Under the pieces are notes generated by a model. That model had not been told where the DNA came from. It saw nothing but the letters and a program-made list of their open reading frames with translations, and searched no databases. From an uncultured delta proteobacterium (GTDB lineage: Bacteria; Myxococcota; Myxococcia; Myxococcales; Myxococcaceae): a stretch of 64,000 bases of DNA. Made by a program: the position numbers and the translations under genes. The stretch's first letter is position 1, and every line of letters begins with the position of its first letter. The stretch spans positions 3,584,001-3,648,000 of the forward strand of contig CAWCKH010000004.1 of the NCBI GenBank assembly GCA_963796055.1. The letters are read 5' to 3'. Positions 55,833 through 64,000 of this stretch are shown in pieces.

Positions 55833-56051
55833 CTACACGGGGGCTGACGTCGTGGACCGGGCCAGGAGCACGCGGTCGAGCTCCGGGCGGTAGAAGCGAA
55901 GGAGTCGCCCGAGGCGGTGTCCCGGAATGAGGCCGCGGCGCACGGCCTGGTACAGCGCCTTGCGGGAGGGGAGGGCAAGGTAGCCCGCGGCCTGCTCGGG
56001 CGTGAGCCAGTTCGCCGCGTCGACCTTCGGTCCCTCAGCGCCGCCGGCCAC
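55833..56051 (-). CDS. Excisionase-like HTH protein
   Basis: WLTPEQAAGYL...ALYQAVRRGLIPGHRLGRLLRF; directly upstream of integrase. Confidence 0.85.
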   Translation of the reverse strand: MAGGAEGPKVDAANWLTPEQAAGYLALPSRKALYQAVRRGLIPGHRLGRLLRFYRPELDRVLLARSTTSAPV

Positions 56052-56361
56052 GGGCCGAGGCTCCTGAGGAAGCAGGGTTCTGCTCGCGGAGCGTCTCGTA
56101 GCGGCGGAGCAGCAGCTCTTGGACGTAGCCCAGGATGTTGAGCTTCCTGGCCTTCATCTCCGCCTCGAGAACGTCGACCACGTACTGCGGGAGGCGGAAG
56201 CAGGTCCGAAGCTGGACGAGGACTTCCCGGACTGCCTCGGCGTTGTACGAGACGCCCAGCGCCGGTTTGAGGATCTCCTGGACGAAGTAGAGGTCCTCGG
56301 ACGGGACCTTCACGTTGAGCGGCTGGAGCGCCTCGTCCTTCGGAAGCGGAGTCCTTCCCAC
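56035..56361 (-). CDS. Small putative DNA-binding protein (ribbon-helix-helix-like)
   Basis: GRTPLP..LNVKVP strand, helix, NAEAVREVL helix; good codon bias; in int/xis operon. Confidence 0.6.
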   Translation of the reverse strand: MGRTPLPKDEALQPLNVKVPSEDLYFVQEILKPALGVSYNAEAVREVLVQLRTCFRLPQYVVDVLEAEMKARKLNILGYVQELLLRRYETLREQNPASSGASARGRRR

Positions 56362-56448
56362 ATCTCAAGTAGATTCTAAATAGAACCCAGAGTCAAGCCT
56401 GAGCTTGCGGCATCTCAACAGCGCGGGCACCGTCGTGGAACGAGTCAA

Positions 56449-57811
56449 GACATCGCTGACAGTTGACTGCAGGGTGACGGCGGGTTTCTCAGGCGTTTAC
56501 GGCTCGCGCGTTCAGCAGCGCGTCCTGGGTGACAGTGGCGTTGACAGCCTCTGAGTACGGTGCGTTGACGGGTGTAACGGAGCTGACGTCATCGGGTGTC
56601 AGCACGTTCGCCAGCGGGGCGATCTCGATCATCCCGAGGTCGACGCCGAAGAAGTGAGCTCGCCAGCGCAGGATCCCTTCCTGCTTGAGACCGACGATCT
56701 GGCCCGCGAGGGCCGTGCTGACGAACACCACGTCGTCGTTCACCGAGATGGTCCCCACCTTCGAGACCAGGCGCGTCTTCCACTCGGGCGGGTAGCTCGG
56801 GACGAGCGGGTCGAGCGAGCGACGCTCCGAGTCGCGATAGACCTCCGCTGGCGTCTTGCCACCGAGCGCATCGTGGGGGCGGACCTCGTTGAACTCGATC
56901 ACCCAACGATCGCACGCGCGCTGCTGAGCGCGGCGGGTACGGGCGGGGTTGAGCTCCAGCTCGCTCAGGTCCCGATGCATCCGCTCGTGCCCGCCGTTGT
57001 CCTGCGGGCACCCGGGACGTGAGCGCACGACACGGATCCCGAGCGAGACGAGCCACGCCGAGAGCCGACTCAGTCCGCCGCGGCCGCGGGTGGATACGAA
57101 TGGCGTGCCGTTGTCGCTCTGAATGGCGGCTGGCAGGCCGTGCCGCAAGAACAAGCTCCGGAGGACACGCCGGACCTCTTCGGCCCTCACCGAGCCGAGG
57201 AGGGTCACGGCGAGGACCTTCCGGCTGAACCCGTCTCGCACCGTGAGCGGCTCGCACCGCTCGCGGTTTCGAGCTCGCCACCAGCCTTTGAAGTCCATCG
57301 TCCACAGGTCGTTCGGCCCGTGCACCTCGACCCGCGGGCGCCCGTCGACGCTCCACACTCGTACGCGCGGTCGGTGTCGCCTTAGCCTCCCGAGCCGATG
57401 CAGGACCCGCGCTACGGTGCTCTTGCTCGGCCCGTCCTCGCCCAGCGTGCGCCGAAGCACCCGGGCGATCTTGTCCGGCCCCCAGGTCTGGTGCTGGTCG
57501 CGCAGCTCGAGGATGCGGACGACAATCTCCTCGCCGGTGGTGAGCGGGCTCGAGAGCGGGCGACGGCTCTGCTCGACGAGGCCCGTGTATCCCCGCGCGC
57601 GGAAGCGCCGAAGCCACTTGTGGCCGGTCTGCCGGGAGATGCCGTACTCCCTGCAGAGCGCCGAGATGTTCGCCCCCATCGCGCTGGCCTTCTCGATGAA
57701 CTCCAGCTTGTGGCTCATGACTCGCTGCTCTTTCCAGGGCACGCGACAGTCGAGCAGCCGAAACTGTCAGCGATGTCCTGAACCGGTTTTGGTCAGCGAT
57801 GTCCTGGTACA
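56449..57811 (-). mobile_element. IS481-family insertion sequence (ends approximate)
   Basis: GACATCGCTGACAGTT at 56449-56464 is the reverse complement of 57762-57777; second core copy 57792-57803; encloses transposase. Confidence 0.85.
56489..57742 (-). CDS. IS481-family DDE transposase
   Basis: MPWKE, LCREYGISRQTGHKW HTH, WTMDFKG, SDNGTPF, PQDNGGHERMH, NEVRPH. Confidence 0.94.
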   Translation of the reverse strand: MPWKEQRVMSHKLEFIEKASAMGANISALCREYGISRQTGHKWLRRFRARGYTGLVEQSRRPLSSPLTTGEEIVVRILELRDQHQTWGPDKIARVLRRTLGEDGPSKSTVARVLHRLGRLRRHRPRVRVWSVDGRPRVEVHGPNDLWTMDFKGWWRARNRERCEPLTVRDGFSRKVLAVTLLGSVRAEEVRRVLRSLFLRHGLPAAIQSDNGTPFVSTRGRGGLSRLSAWLVSLGIRVVRSRPGCPQDNGGHERMHRDLSELELNPARTRRAQQRACDRWVIEFNEVRPHDALGGKTPAEVYRDSERRSLDPLVPSYPPEWKTRLVSKVGTISVNDDVVFVSTALAGQIVGLKQEGILRWRAHFFGVDLGMIEIAPLANVLTPDDVSSVTPVNAPYSEAVNATVTQDALLNARAVNA

Positions 57812-58112
57812 GCACCCGTGGACCGAGCCTTACGGGTCCGCTCACTCCGCGGAGCCCGTGTCCGGTCGCCTGCCCCATCTCGGCGGCCATTCCGAGTTCG
57901 ATGACTTGCTGGATGTCAGGTACCGACAGAGCCCAAGTGGCCAGGCAGCTGTCGGTCGTTTCGCCTCAAGAGGCGGCGCCGGCCGGCTCGCTCGACCTGC
58001 TCCGGAGACGCGCGTTCCATCGTTGCTCACGCCTTTCCTCGCTGCCCTCCCGTCCTTCCTGACTCCATCACAAGACCTTTCCTCATCAGGACTCTACAAA
58101 TGAGGATCCTTT

Positions 58113-58251
58113 CGCCCTCGCCCACCCCGTTTGAATTCAGGGGTACCCAGAGTTTTCCGCTCACGCCCTCAGTTTCATGGTTGTGAGGGCGTGAGCGGAA
58201 AACTCGGGGGTGCTGCCGGTGCTGCGTACGAAAACGGGCTGGGCGAGGGCG
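58113..58251. repeat. Nested inverted repeats (22-bp perfect inner stem, 20-bp outer stem)
   Basis: 58150-58171 pairs with 58184-58205 (22/22); 58113-58132 pairs with 58232-58251 (19/20). Confidence 0.9.
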
Positions 58252-58283
58252 CAAGGGCGCGGAATGGCGGGCGATGGTCATCC

Positions 58284-58388
58284 GAATCCGCCCTACGTTC
58301 CGCCCTGGAAGTGGCCCGGGAATACGCCCAATCCAGGAGCGTATTCTCGGGCGTATTTGCGGGCCAATTGGAGGGCCATTTCAGGGCG
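58284..58388. repeat. Head-to-head array of 12-bp-period repeats
   Basis: GCCC cores at 58290, 58302, 58314, 58326; inverted GAGC/GGGC cores at 58337, 58349, 58361, 58373, 58384. Confidence 0.8.
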
Positions 58389-58471
58389 CGCCGGCAATCG
58401 ATTGCGGGCGATGCCAGCGACGGCCCAAGGCGGGGTCAGCGCGGTGGCTTCCGCGTGTGCCTCCCTAGTGC

Positions 58472-59014
58472 TTAGCGCACGCGCACCATCGGGAGCGGAC
58501 GAAGCGGGTGGCGCAGCGCCCAGTGGGCGGCGGTCCTCAGGAGGATGGCGTGGAACCCATGGTAGGGGAAGCGATTCGCCACCTCTCGCACAAAGGCGGC
58601 CGACAGACCGGCCCGGAGCGTTCCGCGGCTGACGTCCACGAGATCGGCCCGGCGAAAGGCATCCCGTAGGGCTGGCTCGATGCCGGTCCGGGGTCGTCGG
58701 AGCAGATGATGATCGTATATCAGCAACGCGAGTAGCTCGGCGTCGATTCCCGGCGCTCCCTCGCGACGAAACGCCTCGGCCCGCTGCTGCGAGGGCCCGA
58801 GATAGTCGAATGTCCGGTCCGACCAGATGCCGAGGTCGTGGAAGGCAGCAGCGAGCGCGAGCTCGTCGTCGTGCTGCTCCGTGCCGATCAGGGCTCGGGC
58901 GTAGTTCAGGACCCGGTAGGCGTGTCCCGAGTAGGCCTCGCGGGCTGCGCGTAGAGCGCCACCCCAGCGCGCCTCCATCTCTTCCACGAAGGGGTGACGC
59001 TCAAGAACGCGCAT
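58472..59014 (-). CDS. HD-domain phosphohydrolase-like protein
   Basis: GHAYRV, AAAFHDLG, DHH, RADLVD metal-ligand pattern; overlaps upstream gene by 14 nt. Confidence 0.82.
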   Translation of the reverse strand: MRVLERHPFVEEMEARWGGALRAAREAYSGHAYRVLNYARALIGTEQHDDELALAAAFHDLGIWSDRTFDYLGPSQQRAEAFRREGAPGIDAELLALLIYDHHLLRRPRTGIEPALRDAFRRADLVDVSRGTLRAGLSAAFVREVANRFPYHGFHAILLRTAAHWALRHPLRPLPMVRVR

Positions 59015-61634
59015 CTAGCGGGAGAGCCGGCGGGATGGCGCCGTCACCCAGGCCGTTACGCACGAGGGCGATCGCAACCGTTCGATCGAGACGAGAACCG
59101 TCCGCGAGGACCTGCACCATCACTTCTTGACCGAGCCTGGCTGTAGCACGCGCGCGAAGCTCGGCCTCGCTCCGTCGCATCGATGGCCACGCCCGGAGCC
59201 CGGCCCGCTGCCGGAGCCCCTCGGCAGCCCCCAGCGCCAGCGCCGCCTGCCGGAAGTCCTCTTCGGCCAGGGCGAGCTGGCCATGGGCGATGAGCGAGAA
59301 GGTCAAGGTCTGGGTGCTGAGCTGGCCGCCGTCTCTTGCCTCGACGGATTCCCGCAACAGCGCCCGAGCCTCGTCGAGGCGATCAGTCGCCACGGCGAGC
59401 GAGGCGAGCTGGGTTTGCGCACTCGAACTGAGCCAGTGGTTTCCCAACTGGCCGCCGAGCGCGCTGGCCTCGGCGAGGTGCACGCGCGCGGCGTCGTGTC
59501 GGCCGAGCCCGAGCTCCAGCAGCCCAGCGGTGAACAGGGCCCATCCTATGAACGGGTCATTCCGGCGGCGGAAGCCATCGAGGGCGGTCAATGCGGCCTG
59601 CAGGCCGCCCTCGAGGTCTTCGACGATGGGCCGGACCCACGAGATCGCCAGCTGCACTGCGCTCTTCAGAGACGGATCGTCGATGCGGCCGGCGAGGCGT
59701 TCGAGCTCGGTGACCTCAGCCAGCGCGACCTGGTCCTCCCCAACCTCGACTGCCGTCACAACCGAGATCAACGACAGCTCGGCTCGTGCCCGGTCGTCCA
59801 GAGCGTCGGTTCGAAGCCGGAGCTCCCGGATCCATGCTCGTCCATCCGGCAGATGATCGCGCATCTGCCAGAAGAGCCAGAGGATTCGAAACATGTGTGG
59901 CAGCGGCGTGAGGTCGTGGTTCAGGAACCAGCGGATGGCGACTCCAAGATTCCCTTCCTCGGTCCTCAACCTTTCCGCCCATTCGGCCTGTCTCTGAAGT
60001 GGCCAGTCGGCGTTCTCCACGAGCGCACCGAAGTATTCGGCGTGCCGCCGCTCAACGTCCGCTCGATCTGCACGGGCAGCAAGGCGCTCGGCGGCCAGTT
60101 CGCGGATCGAGGAAAGCATCCGGAACCTCGGCTCGGCGTTGGTCGAATCGACGCTGACCAGACTGTGCCGAACGAGGGCATCGAGCAGGTCGAGCGTTCG
60201 TTCCTCGGTCAGATCGGAAACGTGCGTCGCTGCCGGGATCGTCCAGCCCTCGACGAAGACGGACAGCGTGGCCAGCATCTTCAGCTCCGAATCATCGAGG
60301 AGACCGATGCTCCACTCGACCGTGGCGCGCAACGTGCGCTGTCGCTCGGGAAGATCCGTCGGGCCTGTTCCGAGCGCGTCGAGGCTCCTGGTCAGCCGTT
60401 CGAGCAGCATCTTTGGCTCCAGAAGGCGGACACGAGCGGCGGCAAGCTCGATGGCCAGCGGCAGACCATCGAGGCGCCTGCAGATCTCCGCCACGTCGGA
60501 CGCGTTGTCCGCAGTCAGAGTGAAGCCATAGCGCACCGCCTGTGCTCGCTCCACGAACAGCCGGACCGCGGCGAGCGCGGCCAGCTCCTCCAGCGTGGGT
60601 CGACGTGTGAACGCGGGCACCGTCAGGGCACCGACGCGGTATTCATGCTCCGCGCGCAGACGCAGCACCGTCCTGCTCGTGGCCAGGATCTTGAGAGCGG
60701 GACAACGGGCCAGAAGCTGGTCGAGCTCAGGTCCGACACCAACGACTTGCTCGAGGTTGTCCAGCACCAGCAGCGTCGGAGTGTCCCCGAGCCCCTCGCT
60801 CACGACGTCCACGGCCGGGCGCGTGTCCTCGAGGGAGGCGCCGACCGCAGCGGCGATGCGCGGAAGCACGAGCTCAGGCTGGAGAATCGAAGCGACCGGC
60901 ACGAAGACTGCGCCCTGAGGGTAGTGCGCCTCCAGCTGCGCGCCGACCGCGACCGCCAAGCGCGTCTTCCCGATGCCTCCGGGACCCGTGAGCGTGACCA
61001 GCCGTACCCCGTCCGTCTCCAACAGCTTGGAGATCGCCGCGACGTCGTCCCCGCGACCGATCAACGAGGTCGAGGTCACCGGCAAGGAGCGCGGGAGCTT
61101 CCGGGTGGCGTTCGAGGGCGAGGAGGGGCGAGGGGAATGGTCGTCTCCGGCTGCGAAACGCTCACTCAGAAGCACGGCGAGATCGGTCCGGACGAGTCGC
61201 CCGAGCTCCCGCGGGGTACGGAACAATCGATAGGAGATGGTCCCCTTGGTCTGGAGCTCCTCAATCATCGCGGTGAGCCGCGCCTCCCGGTGAGGCGCCG
61301 GAGTCTTGATGTAGATCAGGCGAGGCATCGAGACGGAGAGCCGGAACTCGTCCTCCAGCCCCGAGATGTCCATCTCCGGGCCGATCCAGCCGTAGCGCTC
61401 CCAGTACAGGCCGATGAAGATGTCGGACTGTGCGAGGTAGGCCCGGTACAGCTCCCTCGGCGCGTGCGATTGAGCTCCCGACTCGAAGAGAACGGGCGTG
61501 AGTCGAAGCGCGGAAATGGCGCGCGACACGGCGATGCGTTCCTCGGCGAGCTCGGCCAGGGTCGAGCTCACGAAGACGCGCAGACGCTGGTCCGGTGTCC
61601 GAATCACCCCGATGCTCCGGTCCTCCGCCCTCAT
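59001..61634 (-). CDS. DUF4062 - STAND (NB-ARC-like) NTPase - TPR-like repeat protein
   Basis: RVFVSSTLAELAEER/SDIFIGLYWERYG (DUF4062), GPGGIGKT, LLVLDN, ATSR, GLPLAIELAA, helical C-terminus; AGGAGG RBS. Confidence 0.9.
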   Translation of the reverse strand: MRAEDRSIGVIRTPDQRLRVFVSSTLAELAEERIAVSRAISALRLTPVLFESGAQSHAPRELYRAYLAQSDIFIGLYWERYGWIGPEMDISGLEDEFRLSVSMPRLIYIKTPAPHREARLTAMIEELQTKGTISYRLFRTPRELGRLVRTDLAVLLSERFAAGDDHSPRPSSPSNATRKLPRSLPVTSTSLIGRGDDVAAISKLLETDGVRLVTLTGPGGIGKTRLAVAVGAQLEAHYPQGAVFVPVASILQPELVLPRIAAAVGASLEDTRPAVDVVSEGLGDTPTLLVLDNLEQVVGVGPELDQLLARCPALKILATSRTVLRLRAEHEYRVGALTVPAFTRRPTLEELAALAAVRLFVERAQAVRYGFTLTADNASDVAEICRRLDGLPLAIELAAARVRLLEPKMLLERLTRSLDALGTGPTDLPERQRTLRATVEWSIGLLDDSELKMLATLSVFVEGWTIPAATHVSDLTEERTLDLLDALVRHSLVSVDSTNAEPRFRMLSSIRELAAERLAARADRADVERRHAEYFGALVENADWPLQRQAEWAERLRTEEGNLGVAIRWFLNHDLTPLPHMFRILWLFWQMRDHLPDGRAWIRELRLRTDALDDRARAELSLISVVTAVEVGEDQVALAEVTELERLAGRIDDPSLKSAVQLAISWVRPIVEDLEGGLQAALTALDGFRRRNDPFIGWALFTAGLLELGLGRHDAARVHLAEASALGGQLGNHWLSSSAQTQLASLAVATDRLDEARALLRESVEARDGGQLSTQTLTFSLIAHGQLALAEEDFRQAALALGAAEGLRQRAGLRAWPSMRRSEAELRARATARLGQEVMVQVLADGSRLDRTVAIALVRNGLGDGAIPPALPLDARS

Positions 61635-61884
61635 CTGTCCCTCCTGGGAGGACCGGAACTCTCCACGCTTCGCGTCGAGCCGACAAGCACCGGCTCGACG
61701 TTGCGACGGCCGACGTCACCCTCCGCACTGGGGGGGTATGCGAGCAGAGACGGTTCGGTCGTCGGTGTCATCGCGTGGGACCCCGGAGCAGGTTGGGGTG
61801 CTGCAGACGCGAACTGCGAGCCGATCCCTTCGTAGACGGCAACGCCGCCCGGCTCGGCCAGCGAGACGGCGAGGATGACGGATG

Positions 61885-62361
61885 TCAGGCGCTGGTCTGC
61901 GATCCGCTGGCGGCCGCCCGAGGGGCGCTGATCGCGGCCACCGTTCCCACAACCTCGTCCGGGGTTACGCCGTTGGCCAGCTTGCGGCTCCGAAGATGAC
62001 GCGCCAGGTCGTTGATGGTGATGATTCCCGTCAGGAATCCCGCGCTGTCGACCACCGGGATCCGGTGGACTTGCTCGGCTTGCATCCGTTCCTCGGTCAG
62101 GTGCAGGTCATCCGAGGGCAGGACGGTCACCAACCGCTTGGAAATGACCTCGGAAACCTTGATCTCGTGCAGGGGCTTTCCGCGGATGCACGCGGCCATC
62201 GCGATGTCCCGATCGGTGATGACCGAGGTCAGCCGCCCGTCTGCGGCCACCACCGGGAGGATCCCGATGTCGTGGTCCCACATCGATTGCCCGGCCGCCT
62301 GCAGGGAATCCTCAGACCGGCAGGTCTCCAGATGGGTGCTCATGATTTCCTTGACACGCAT
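61885..62361 (-). CDS. CBS-domain protein
   Basis: VKEIMS, IGILPVV, ITDRDI, RIPVVD, GIITINDL; AAAGGAG RBS. Confidence 0.92.
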   Translation of the reverse strand: MRVKEIMSTHLETCRSEDSLQAAGQSMWDHDIGILPVVAADGRLTSVITDRDIAMAACIRGKPLHEIKVSEVISKRLVTVLPSDDLHLTEERMQAEQVHRIPVVDSAGFLTGIITINDLARHLRSRKLANGVTPDEVVGTVAAISAPRAAASGSQTSA

Positions 62362-62399
62362 GGTACTTCTCCTTTCCGGACTGCCTTGCATGAGCTACG

Positions 62400-63221
62400 T
62401 CAGCCTCGGAGGAAGGCCAGGAGCTGCTCGTTGACCTGGGCCTGATGCGTGGCAGTGATTCCGTGTGGCGCACCGGGGTAGTAGACGTCCTTCGCGCCCT
62501 TGATGAGCCGGGCCGACTTCTTGGACGAATCCTTCACTGGGACGATCTGGTCATCCTCACCGTGAACCAGGAGGGTCGGGACGTCGAACTTTGTGAGGTC
62601 AGCGGTGAAGTCCGTCTCGGAGAAGGCCTTGACGGAGTCGTAGGCATTCTTGAGGCCGGCCTGCATGCTCCAGAGCCAGAACTGATCGAGGAGACCTTGC
62701 GAGACCGTCGCGCCGGGACGGTTGGCACCGTAGAACACGGGGGCAAGGTCCCGGTAGTACTGCGAGCGATCCTTGAGGAGACCCGCCCGGATGCCGTCGA
62801 ACACGTCGATCGGGAGGCCTTCGGGATTCGTCTGCGTCTTCAGCAATAGCGGCGGCACTGCGGCGATCAGGACCGCCTTCGCTACCCGCGCCGTTCGATG
62901 ACGTCCGATGTAGCGCGCGACCTCCCCACCGCCGGTCGAATGGCCGACCAGTGTCACCTCGTCGAGTTCGAGCGCCGTGATCAGTGCCGCCAGATCATCG
63001 GCATACCCGTCCATGTCGTTGCCGCTCCATGCCTGCCCGGAGCGCCCGTGGCCGCGCCGGTCATGGGCGATGACCCGGTAGCCGTTCTGGGCAAGGAACA
63101 GCATTTGCCCGTCCCACATGTCGGAGCTGAGCGGCCAGCCGTGCGAGAACGTCACGACCGGGCCCTTGCCCCAGTCCTTGTAATAAATGGAGGTACCATC
63201 CTTCGCCTTGATCGTGCTCAT
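62400..63221 (-). CDS. cpo: Non-heme chloroperoxidase / alpha-beta hydrolase
   Basis: [39 protein letters not shown]. Confidence 0.92.
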   Translation of the reverse strand: MSTIKAKDGTSIYYKDWGKGPVVTFSHGWPLSSDMWDGQMLFLAQNGYRVIAHDRRGHGRSGQAWSGNDMDGYADDLAALITALELDEVTLVGHSTGGGEVARYIGRHRTARVAKAVLIAAVPPLLLKTQTNPEGLPIDVFDGIRAGLLKDRSQYYRDLAPVFYGANRPGATVSQGLLDQFWLWSMQAGLKNAYDSVKAFSETDFTADLTKFDVPTLLVHGEDDQIVPVKDSSKKSARLIKGAKDVYYPGAPHGITATHQAQVNEQLLAFLRG

Positions 63222-63336
63222 CGGTGATGCTCCTTCCTTTCGTGGTTGTTGCTGGGACAGACAGGCGTTCCGGTTTGATCCGGACAGCGGTTGACGGACG
63301 CGAGCGCCGTGTTGGTAGAGAGAAGGGCGACCGGCG

Positions 63337-64000
63337 CTACATGGCCGTTCGCTGCGGGAACGAGCGGCTGAGCCAGTCCTCGAAGCGGACTGCCCCGAGG
63401 CGGGCACCGGCGCTCGGTGTCAACGAGCGATCGTCGAGCACGGCTCCGAAGTAGGTTGCCCGAGCGTCGGGGAGCACTCGACGCTCGTCCCGGGTGGCGC
63501 GGAGGAACTGCCGGGCGAACTCATCCATCGGGCGTGCGTCGGGCCCGGCCACCTCGACGGTCGCGTCGAGGGGCGGTTCCAGGGCCAGGTCGGCCAGCGC
63601 TGCGACGACCTCGTCCGACGAGATGGGCTGGAAGAGCGCCGGCGGGACCCGCACCACCCTGTCCACCGTGGCCGAGTCGATGAGCGTGCGGATGAACTCG
63701 AAGAACTGCGTGGAGCGGAGAATCGTGTAGGGAATGCCGGAGCTCTTGATCAGCCGTTCCTGGGCAACCTTGGCGCGGAAGTACCCGTTGTCGGGGAGGC
63801 GGTCGATCCCGACGATGGAGAGCGCCAGATGGTGCCCGACTCCGCCGACCTTCTCCGCTGCGAGAAGGTTCCGGCCCGCGGTCTCGAAGAAGTCCAGGAC
63901 CGCCCGATCCTCCCAGGAGGGTGAGTTCGACACGTCGACGACAACGTCGGCGCCGGCGAGGGCCCGGCTCAGCCCCTCCCCGGTGATGATGTTCACGCCC
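63337..64000 (-). CDS. NmrA-like NAD(P)-binding protein / atypical SDR (5' end beyond window)
   Basis: [36 protein letters not shown]. Confidence 0.88.
   Translation of the reverse strand, partial: GVNIITGEGLSRALAGADVVVDVSNSPSWEDRAVLDFFETAGRNLLAAEKVGGVGHHLALSIVGIDRLPDNGYFRAKVAQERLIKSSGIPYTILRSTQFFEFIRTLIDSATVDRVVRVPPALFQPISSDEVVAALADLALEPPLDATVEVAGPDARPMDEFARQFLRATRDERRVLPDARATYFGAVLDDRSLTPSAGARLGAVRFEDWLSRSFPQRTAM

Noticed and set aside
56434..57822. CGTGGA on both sides of the IS as a target-site duplication
   Set aside because: It would give element ends that are neither TGT...ACA nor aligned inverted repeats; cannot be resolved without other copies
58027..58110. CTGATGAG...GAAA on the minus strand, resembling a hammerhead ribozyme core
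   Set aside because: No stem II between CUGAUGA and GAAA, and no closing G-C pair or matching stems I/III
58113..58251. Long hairpin as a retron msr/msd
   Set aside because: No reverse transcriptase gene in the window and no identifiable branching-G a1/a2 arrangement
61673..61700. Hairpin CGTCGAGCCG-N8-CGGCTCGACG upstream of the STAND gene
   Set aside because: Single GC-rich stem without a U tract; function cannot be supported
59127..61835. 902-aa plus-strand ORF, and similar long ORFs at 1442-3361, 11075-13387, 35572-38550, 41411-43375 and 46035-48170
   Set aside because: Opposite-strand or off-frame shadows of well-supported genes; no recognisable motifs

Overview
A very GC-rich bacterial chromosome segment. 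Gene content and style suggest Myxococcota (inference; there is no marker-level proof). Contents in order: sucD-ndk; an ArsR regulator; a CFA-synthase-family methyltransferase resembling fungal sphingolipid C9-methyltransferases; a lutABC lactate operon interrupted by an antisense, secreted six-cysteine defensin-like ORF and followed by a TMEM175 channel; alpha-2-macroglobulin plus pbpC; three paralogous small membrane/secreted peptides, each with its own sigma54-type promoter; a Liv-type ABC transporter; a polyhydroxyalkanoate cluster (phaC, CoA-transferase, putative phasin, phaR, phaZ; no phaA/phaB); rlmN; the rpsP-khpA-rimM-trmD-rplS operon; a degenerate SMC-like membrane protein; yraN; rsmI; an M23 peptidase; an NtrC-type regulator; murJ; an S1-domain protein; and a second ABC operon flanked by two CoA ligases. 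From about 54.6 kb there is an integrated island at tRNA-fMet. It carries an integrase, an excisionase, a small regulator, an IS481-family element, a non-coding palindrome/iteron block, an HD protein plus a DUF4062-STAND-TPR protein, a CBS protein, a non-heme haloperoxidase and an NmrA-like protein. The best novelty candidates are the CSab-defensin-like peptide, the sigma54-driven GPGSDEALL peptide family, the CoA-transferase-fed PHA locus, and the island's iteron block and NLR-like/HD pair. All family calls are by eye from motifs; no database searches were run.
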